In this document: piece after piece, positions 1-10,000 of the stretch
Numbering within the stretch: the stretch's first letter is position 1
Layout of the letters: every line of letters begins with the position of its first letter
DNA from: Phycisphaerales bacterium
GTDB taxonomy: Bacteria; Planctomycetota; Phycisphaerae; WQYP01
DNA: 53,104 bases
Assembly (NCBI GenBank): GCA_027451365.1
Contig: DAIDJN010000021.1
Span: forward strand, 1-53,104
Reading direction: 5' to 3'
Program-made: the position numbers and the translations under genes
The notes under the pieces: generated by a model
What the model was told of the DNA's origin: nothing
Databases searched by the model: none
What the model saw: only the letters and a program-made list of their open reading frames with translations

Positions 1-2
1 AT

Positions 3-935
3 GGCGGCACCGCAGGGGTGATTACAATCGCATCAACGGGCATTACAGTCAGCGGCATCACGTTTAACCCGGTCAGTGCAACTTCGCCGGGACAGTACAC
101 CATTGTCGGCAGTTCAACCAATAATTTAACCCTGACGGGCAGCGGCACCATGACCATGAATGCCGATGCCACAATCAGTGCTTCAATGGTGGGCACCGGC
201 GGCCTGACGATTGCCGGTGCGCATAATTTGACTGTTTCCGGCGTAAGCACCTATACCGGCCCGACAAGCGTGAATTCCGGAATACTGACTCTGGTAACCG
301 GCGCGGCGATAACCGGCACGACCGCGCTGACAATAGCCCCCGGATCTGCGGTGGCAATGAACAGCACCGGTGCCAGTGACGGCATTACCATTAATTACAC
401 GGCGGGAAATAGTCCCAATGCGACGATTCGCAATGACATTATCGCCGGTTACAACGGCGGGACGTGGACTGGCACGTCCACTACCGGCGGAGTCATTAAT
501 TCTTCTGTGGCGGCGGGTAACAACAAGAAGTATGCGGTGGGCTATGCGGATGGTGCCGACGGCGTAGCGACCGGTCTGGGCAGCACCCAGGAAAAAGTGA
601 TGCTGACACTGGCGGGTGATGCAATACTGGCTGGCTCGGTAAAGCTAAAGGATTTTACTATATGGCTAAGCCATTATGGAACAACATCGGGCGCCCAATG
701 GGATCAGGGCGATTTTAATTATGATGGCAAGATAAACCTTCAGGATTTTACCCTGTGGCTCGGTAACTATGGACAGTCGCTTTCGCCCGGGGTTTTGGCC
801 AATGCGCCGATGGTCATCAACAGATCACAGGCGACGCCTGAACCTCCGGCGATGGCTATTGTTGGTGCGGGGGTCTTGCCGCTGTTGCTGCTTACGCGGC
901 GTCGGCAATCTGAATGTGTGGTATACAAACACTAA
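3..935 (+). CDS. C-terminal part (5'-truncated by the window edge) of a beta-strand-repeat surface protein with a dockerin-like duplicated motif and a PEP-CTERM sorting signal
   Basis: Frame is open from position 3. Contains a passenger-type repeat (LTVSGVSTYTGPTSVNSGIL), paired GDAILAGSVKLKDFTIWLSHYG / GDFNYDGKINLQDFTLWLGNYG motifs, and C-terminal TPEP + hydrophobic helix + RRR. Confidence 0.8.
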   Translation, partial: GGTAGVITIASTGITVSGITFNPVSATSPGQYTIVGSSTNNLTLTGSGTMTMNADATISASMVGTGGLTIAGAHNLTVSGVSTYTGPTSVNSGILTLVTGAAITGTTALTIAPGSAVAMNSTGASDGITINYTAGNSPNATIRNDIIAGYNGGTWTGTSTTGGVINSSVAAGNNKKYAVGYADGADGVATGLGSTQEKVMLTLAGDAILAGSVKLKDFTIWLSHYGTTSGAQWDQGDFNYDGKINLQDFTLWLGNYGQSLSPGVLANAPMVINRSQATPEPPAMAIVGAGVLPLLLLTRRRQSECVVYKH

Positions 936-1039
936 GCGGTGGGATATACTTTCGGAGGCCGCGTAACTATCCGTTTACGCTCCGGCTGTGGAATGTGGAT
1001 GCATTGCGTGCAATTCAAAATTGAAAAGGGGATTTTGTC

Positions 1040-4000
1040 ATGAAGAAAAAACAGACGCTCATACTGTTGGCCGCAATCGCGTCAACCGCCGCTTTGCCTA
1101 TGGCAGCTCATGCCAGCGCGTTTACCGACCCAACCAGTGGCCAGATGGTTTTGTGGGTGAACACAATTACCGGCGATGTGGAATTGGTCGGAAATAATAC
1201 CACGATAGTCGGTTATCAGATATCATCGTCAAGCCAATCCTTGATTTACGCCAATTGGACAAAGCCGATCACCCACTCAACTACTGGATGGACCCCTGCG
1301 CCTGCAAGCGGAGGCTATCTGGCCGAGGTAACGTCGTCTTCATCATACGCCGTTACCACTCAGGATACGCACCCTTACGATATGGGCGACATTTTTAATC
1401 CCGCAGCGGCCCACGATCTGGTTCTGCACTTTACTTCGCTCGTCAACGGCTCGGCCAGTTATGTATTGGGCGCGGTGGAATACGGTGCCCCCACGCTTAC
1501 CTGGGATCCAGGCCTTTCCCCCACAACCCCTGGAAGTGATGGCGCAGGTAATTGGGATACGACCACAGCAATCTGGTCCAACGGATCGACCGATCAGACC
1601 TGGACCAATGGATTTGCCGCCAGCATTGGGGCTAACGGTACCGGCAATACCATCACGATTGACACCACAGGCATTAGCGCCACCGGCATAACTTTCAATC
1701 CACTTACCACAGGCCAGTACACGATTGCATCGGCGGCATCGGGTGATAACCTGACGCTTTCCGGGACCATCACTCTTAATGCCAATGCCACTATCAGCGC
1801 ACCGATTGTCGGTTCCGGCGCAATTACCATTGTGGGGCCTGATACGCTGACCCTTTCCGGAACCAACACCTATTCCGGCGGCACCACGCTCGATTCCGGC
1901 ACGTTGGCCATTACCCAGGACGCTGCCATTCCCACTACCGGCGCATTGACTTTCGCCGGCGGTACATTGCAACTGAATAATTACACCAGCAGCCTTAATT
2001 TCAGCAATGAAAACGTTCAAATTGGCGCGGCCACGGGTACTGCGGCTACACTGGCCGGCGTCATCGGTGGGACTTCTCTTTTGACTTATGACGGGCCTGG
2101 TACACTGATTCTGACTGGCGCAAATACGTATTCACTCGGAACGCTGGTGAATGCCGGCACTCTGGAAATCAACACCGGCGGTACTCTCGGTAACGGCTCC
2201 GGGCTTCTCACAATTCAGACTGGTGCGACGGTCCAGGTCAATACCAATGTGGCCACAGCGGGACTTTCCGGCGCGGGCAGTCTGGTGCTTAATACCTCGG
2301 GCACCGGCTACACAGCCAATGACACCACAATCAATACATTCAGCGGCGTCATTTCCGGAGTGGGCAATTTCACCCAGGCCGGAACTGGCACTGAAATCCT
2401 TTCCGGTGCTAACACTTATACCGGAACCACTACTATCAGTGGCGGAACGCTTGAATTCACGGGCGACACTTCCGGCCTCACCGGTGGCATAGCGGATAAC
2501 GCATCGCTGGACATGGCGCAAACGGCCAATAGCTCGCTGGCTGGCGTTATTTCCGGTTCTGGAACACTTATTGACAACGGCGCTGCCGGAACGACACTGA
2601 CTCTTTCCGGCGCGAATACCTTCACCGGCGGTATTACTTTGAATTCCGGAATTTTAAGCGTGTCGTCCGAGGGCAATCTTGGTGGGGCGGCCAATCCGTT
2701 AACTTTTAACGGTGGCGAATTGCTTTCCACCGCTGCCTTTCTGACAGATTCCCGAACTATCACGCTTGATGCGGCTTCCGGTACCACCGTTGACATTCAC
2801 GGTGGCCAGGATTCATTTTCCGGCGTTATTTCCGGTTCTGGTGCGCTTACTGTTCTGGATTCCGCTCCGACTGCCAACAGTTCAATCACTCTGTCCGGAG
2901 CAAATACCTATACCGGTGGGACAGTCTTAAACAATTCACATATGATTATTACTGCTGATAATAATCTTGGGTCATCCACCGGTACCATCACCCTGAACAG
3001 TGCGCAACTTGAAACCCGTGGACTGGTCAATACCGCTCGTAATATTGTTTTGGCCGGCACCGGCGATATCCTCAATTCCTATAACGAGGTTGAATCATTT
3101 TCCGGAGTTATTTCCGGAGCTGGACCGGTTACCGTCACTAATTTTGGCGGTGGGGTGCTCGCCTTTTCCGGAGCCAATACCTATACTGGCGGTACCATTA
3201 TCCAGGATGGCATTCTTGCGGTTTCCACCGACGCCAATCTTGGTGCCTCCAGCGGCAATATCACCCTCCAGGGTGGAACACTTAAAACTCTCGCCAGCCT
3301 GACCACCGCCCGCTCCGTTGTGTTGGCAAGCGGTGGCAGCAGCGGCCCCTATATTGATACTGACGGCGCGCATACGGATACGTTCTCCGGCGTGATTTCC
3401 GGCACGACATCTTTGAATATTGAAGATTCCACGCTTGGCTCATCCGGAAAAGTCATTTTTTCCGGCGCAAATACCTATGCCGGTTTAACCAAAATTTCTA
3501 ATGGAACCTTGGCGTTGTCCGGCACCGGCACAATTGCGGATTCCAGTTACCTTCAGATTCTGACCGGTGCGGTTTTTGATATTTCCGCAACCGCCAGCGG
3601 CGCCACCGTCAAATCTTTCGGAGGTTATGGTAATATCAACCTTGGCGCAGAGCCGCTGGCCGAAACAATAACCTCGGGCAATGTGGCTGATTTCGACGGT
3701 GTGATGTCAGGAACTGGCTCATTGACGCTTTCTGGAACCGGTGGCACGCAATACTTTAAGGGAATTAATACATATACTGGCGCGACTATCATTAACGATG
3801 GCACGTTAGCTCTGTCGCATGGCGGCAGTATCGCCGCTTCCAGCGGCGTGACATTAAATCTGAGCACCAGCGTTCTGGACATTACCCAGGCCACCAGCGG
3901 CGAAACAATTAAGGCCTTGTCCGGCTCACTGGGCACCGTTGCATTGGGAAGTCAAACCTTAACCATCAGCGGTACCGGTTCCTCCACATTCGATGGTGTC

Positions 4001-7000
4001 ATTCAAAATTCGGGTATTTCGCCCGGCACGGGCGGCGGATTAACGGTCTCGGGCGGTACAGAAACGCTTTCCGGGGCCAACGTATATACCGGCGCGACCA
4101 CCATCACGGGTGGTACGCTGTCACTTTCCGGGACAGGCAGTATTGTTGATTCCTCCGGTGTTGTGCTTGGCTCTGGCGGCACCTTTGATATTTCGGGAAC
4201 TACCGGAGGAGCCACCATTGTCGGACTTACGGGCAGCGGCGGCACGGTAAATCTCGGTGGAAAAACGCTGAGCCTCGCCTTATCCACTTCCCAGACCGAC
4301 ACCTTTAACGGAATCATTGAAGGCACTGGCGGCGGTTTAACCCTTTCCGGCACAAGCGCCACAGAAATTCTTGGCGGTACCAACACCTATTCCGGCACAA
4401 CCACCATTACCAGCGGTACACTGGAATTCACCGGCTCTACCGCCAACCTGACCGGCGGAATCGTAAATAATTCAAATTTGAATTTCCAACAGACGGCCAA
4501 CAGCAGTTTCAGCGGAGTTATTTCCGGTACCGGAACGGTCACGCAAGACGGTTCGGCTGCCACCACGCTTACGCTTTCCGGAGCCAATACCGATAGCGGA
4601 GTTATCACCATTACGGCGGGAACCTTAAAATTCACCGGATCCACAGCCGGGTTGGGTGGCAACCTGATTGATAATTCCGCTCTTGTTTTTGGCCAAACCG
4701 CCAGCAGCAGCCTGACGGGTATTATTTCTGGAACCGGCACGGTTACCCAAGCTGGTGCTCCGGGAACCACGCTGACGCTTGCCGGTAATAACACCTACTC
4801 GGGTGCCACTACTGTTTCCGCCGGCACGCTGGAACTATCGGGTCTTACTGCAGGGTTAACGGGTGGCATTGTCGATAATTCCGCTCTGGTTTTCCAGCAG
4901 GCCGCGAACAACAGTTTAAGTGGCGTTATATCCGGTAGCGGAACTGTTACGGAAAATGGCGCCAGTGGCACTACCCTGACCCTGTCCGGGGCCAACACTT
5001 ATTCTGGTATCACCACTATTTCCAGCGGTACTCTGGATTTGGCCGGTACCACCGGCGGCATGACCGGAAATATTGTAGATAATTCTTCCCTTGCTTTTGT
5101 GCAGACGGCCAGCAGCAGCCTGAGTGGCATTATTTCCGGCACCGGCGGCGTTACCGAGGACGGTTCTGCAGGAACCACACTGACACTTTCCGGTGCCAAC
5201 ACCTATTCCGGTACCACCACCATTACCAGCGGTACACTGGAATACGCTGGCTCAACGGCCAGCCTCACTGGTGGAATAGTGAATAATTCCGCATTGGTGT
5301 TCCATCAGGCAGCCTCCAGCACGCTATCGAGCGCCATTTCCGGTACCGGTTCGCTAACCGAAAATGGGTCCGCGGGCACCGCCCTGACGCTCACTGGTGC
5401 CAACACCTACACCGGCCCAACCACAATCAGCAGCGGATCGCTGAATGTAGGCACCGGCGGCTCGCTGGCCCACAGCAATATCACAATAGACAGCGGCGCA
5501 TCACTGGGTGGAACGGGTACCATTACCTGGAACTTGAGCAACAACACCGGAGACCTGATCAGCAATTCCGGTACGCTGAATATTACCGGCTTAAATCTGA
5601 TTCTGAATATCTCCGGTACGCAAACCCAATCTCAATATATTTTGGCTAATGATGCCAGCGGAATCCTTTCTGGAACCCGCTTTGCCACGGTAACCGGCTT
5701 GGGGTCCGGCACAATTGACTACACCGGCACGACCCTGAATCCCAATGACATTGTGCTGGTGGTGCCCTTGACGCTAAGTTGGGACCCGCTGGCCAATAAG
5801 ACGATTAGCGACGGCTCGGGCAACTGGGACACCACCAACACCAACGCAACCTGGGCATTGGCGGGGGCGGACCAGGCTTGGAGTAACGGATCCTCGGCCA
5901 GCATTGGCGCAGACGGCGGCACCAGTGAAACCATCACGATTGACGCCGGTCCAATTGTCGTCAGCAACCTTTCATTCAATGCCATGACCAGTGGCGCTCA
6001 ATACACCATTGCTGGTACCGGTGCCAACACGCTGGAAGTGGATGGCACTATATCACTGGCTAATAATGCCACTATCAGTGCCGCACTTGTGGGTTCATTG
6101 CCGCTGACTATTACCGGCACCCATACGCTGACACTAACCGGCACCAACACCTACACCGGCGGCACCACGCTGGAAAACGGTGTCACAGTGAATTTCAACA
6201 ATGCCTCAGCCTTCGGTACGGGATCCATCACCGTTGGCACGGGCGGCGCCACGTTGCAATACAACGCCGCCAGTTTGACCATCGCCAATAATCTTGCGAT
6301 AGCTGGCGGTGCCGTTCTTGATACCAATGGTCTCGGCGACCCCACCAGCGGCGTTACTTATGCGGGTAATATCACCGGGGCGGGCGGCCTTACCGTGACC
6401 TCGTCCGTTGCCGGAGGAGAACTGTATCTCACCGGCAACAACAGCGCTTTTACCGGCAATACCACCCTTTTGAGCGGTGTGGAAGCGGGCTTCAACACAA
6501 GTACATCGTTCGGCAGTGGAACTGTTACCATCGGAGCCGGCGGCGGTACGCTTGAATACACCGCTAATCTGACGGTGAGCAATCGGTTGATTCTCGCTGC
6601 CAATGGCGGGATAAATGCGCACGGAACAACATCAACCTGGGCAGGTGTGATCAGTGGCACCGGTGGATTGCTTGTTCACGATTCCATTGGTGACGGCATC
6701 TTGACGTTGTCCGCCATCAACACATACAGCGGTGCTACCACCATTGGACTGAGTAACACGGTCACCTTGGCTCTATCCGGCACCGGCAGCATAAGCAGTT
6801 CCAGTTATGTCGGAACGGTCGCTGGAGCCACTTTCGACGTTTCGCAAGTCAGCGCCGGTACCGTCAACATCAGAGGGTTAAAAGGCACTGGTGGCACCAT
6901 TGCCCTGGGTAGCAAGACGCTTGATATTACCGGATCCGGAACCTACACCTACAGCGGCGTTATCCAAAATGGTGGCATTGGCGGAGGAACAGGCGCTGGT

Positions 7001-10000
7001 CTGGCTTTGACTGGCACAGGCCTTCTGACGCTCACCGGTGCTAATACCTACACCGGCGTTACCGCGATTAACTCCGGCGAATTGCTGCTTTCCACCGGTG
7101 GCAGTATTGCAGATTCGAGCAATGTATCGCTGGCCAGCGGTGCTAAATTTGATATTTCACAAACTACAAGCGGTGCCACCGTTAACGGCCTTACCGGGTC
7201 TGGTGGCTACGTTTATACCGGCGCTGAAACTCTAACCGTTAACGTGGCGGGAACGGATTCTTTTGGAGGGGAAATCAGCGACAGCGGTGGTGTCAATAAC
7301 GTGCGCGGTGGCGGTTTAACCAAAACTGGATCTGGAACACTGACTGTCACCGGATTCTTTGACAATTATTCCGGGGCCACCACAATTTCCGCCGGCACGC
7401 TGGCCGTTTCGGCTTCCGCTGGAGATTTTGATGATTCCAGCAATATCGCCATCGCTTCGGGCGCAACTCTGGATATTTCAGCCGTCAGCGGTGAAACGGC
7501 TCATTCGATTACCGGCTTGGGTACAGTTGCCTTGGGATCCACATCTCTGGAATTATTCGCCGCAAGTGGCTCATATACCTTTGGCGGTTTGATCAAAGAT
7601 GGTGGAATTTCCGGTGGCACAGGTGGCTCTCTTATCATTGGCGTTCTTGGAACGACCGCTACCACTATCCTTACGGGTGCAAATACATATACCGGTTCAA
7701 CCACCATCACGTCTGGCACGCTTGGGCTTTCCGGAACGGGCAGCATTGCCGATTCCAGCGGTGTGATATTGGATACAGGCGGCACCGCCAACAGCACATT
7801 TGACCTTTCCGCGTTGACCACCGGCAGCGCTTCCATTAAATCTCTGGCCAGCGCCAGCGTTGGAACTGGATCGGGAACGGCATCTGTCCTTCTAGGCACC
7901 AATTCGCTTACGCTCACCAATGCCAGCGGGAGCTTTGCCGGAGTCATCAGCGGGACGGGTGGCTTGGGAATCAATGCCGGCACTCAAACACTAACCGGCG
8001 TGAACACCTATTCCGATGTAACGTCCGTCAGCGGCGGTACGCTGGCACTTTCCGGCACCGGCAGCGTGGCCGATTCCAGCCGCATCGCATTAAGCCCGGG
8101 CGGAACCTTTGATATTTCCGCCACCACCAGCGGAGCCACTGTGCTGGGGCTTGCTGGTATCGGCGGAACCGTGAATCTGGGCAGCAAGACACTCAGCGTC
8201 ACTTTGCCCACATCCCAGACCGACACCTTTAACGGAATCATTGAAGGTGTCGGCGGAGGCTTAACCCTTTCCGGCACCAGCGCCACAGAAATTCTTGGCG
8301 GTACCAACACCTATTCCGGTACCACCACCATCACAAGCGGTACGCTGGAATTCGCCGGCTCAACCGCCAGCCTTACCGGCGGCATTGTGAATAATTCCGC
8401 TTTACTATTCCATCAGACCGCCAGCAGTTCTCTGTCCAGTGCTATTTCCGGAACTGGCGGAGTAACCGAGAACGGATCAGTGGGCACTGCCCTGACCCTT
8501 ACCGGTGCCAACACTTATAGCGGCCCAACCACCATCACCAGCGGTGCCTTGGACATCGGCACCGGCGGCTCGCTGGCCCACAGCAATATCACAATAGACA
8601 GCGGCGCTTCGCTTGGTGGAATTGGATCGCTTACCTGGAACCTGATTGGCAATTCCAGTGATCTTATTGCCAACAGTGGTAATATTAACCTGACCGGGTT
8701 GAATTTGATTCTTAATATCACTGGCACGCAAACCCAGTCTCAATATGTTCTTGCTGATGATACCAGCGGTACGTTGACGGGAACGCACTTTGCGTCGGTT
8801 ACTGGTTTGGGGTCCGGTGCAATTGACTACACCGGCACCACGCTGCACCCCAACGATATTGTGCTGGTTGTACCTCTTACTTTAAGCTGGGATGGTGCCA
8901 CGGTTAAAGCCGGCCTACTAAGCGATGGCTCGGGCAACTGGGACACCACCAACACCAACGCAACCTGGGCATTGGCGGGGGCGGACCAGGCTTGGAGTAA
9001 CGGATCCTCGGCCAGCATTGGCGCAGACGGTGGCACCAGTGAAACCATCACGATTGACGCCGGTCCAATTGTCGTCAGCAACCTTTCATTCAATGCCATG
9101 ACCAGTGGCGCTCAGTACACCATTGCTGGTACCGGTGCCAACACGCTGGAAGTGGATGGTACTATTTCACTGGCTAATAATGCCACTATCAGTGCATCTC
9201 TGGTGGGAAGCAATCCGCTGACCGTTACCGGCGCCCATACCCTTACCCTATCCGGTGTGAACACCTACACTGGCGGCACCACACTGGAAAATGGTGTCAC
9301 CGTGAATTTCAACAACGCGTCTGCCTTCAGCTCAGGTGCCATTACCATCGGCACCGGCGGCGCCTCTTTACAATTTGGCGCAGCTGGCCTGACGCTAAGC
9401 AACGCCGTTACGCTTAACTCCAACGCGACGGTGGATTTGAATAATCTGACCGGGGAAACATATTCCGGTGCCATTACCAATACCGGCAGCAGCAACAGCC
9501 TGATGGTTATCAATGGAACCATGCAACTTACGGGAACAAATTCGTCCACTTTCAGTGCTGGCAACCTGATCGTCGGTAATGGCACCGCAGCCTCTGTTGC
9601 GTTCACGAGTGCTGCGAATCTTCCCGGCGCGGGGGCCGGTATAGAACTCAACGCGGGATCACTGGTCTATTCCGGAGCGTCGGCGGTTACTATTTCCAAT
9701 ACGATCACAAATACCGGTGCCAGTGCTCAGGATGGAATCAATGCGGGTGCCCAGATCGTTACCCTTTCCGGTGCACTGGCCAATAGCAGTGCCGGTGCCA
9801 CCATTCAGTTGGTTAACGGTACTTTTGTACTTGCGTCTAATCAGGGTTCTCAGTTTTCATCCGGTACTCTGGAACTTGGCAATAACGGCCTGACAACCCT
9901 TGCAGAATTTTCATCTTCGGCGAATTTGATTGCCTCGGCGGCAACTGTCAGTTTAAACCAGGCTGAGCTTAAATATACGGGCAACGCCGCCGCAACCCTT

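Noticed and set aside
4382..5401. Regularly spaced repeats as a possible CRISPR array or DGR template
   Set aside because: Units are in-frame coding repeats with silent divergence. There are no unique spacers, cas genes or reverse transcriptase, and mismatches between copies are not adenine-specific.
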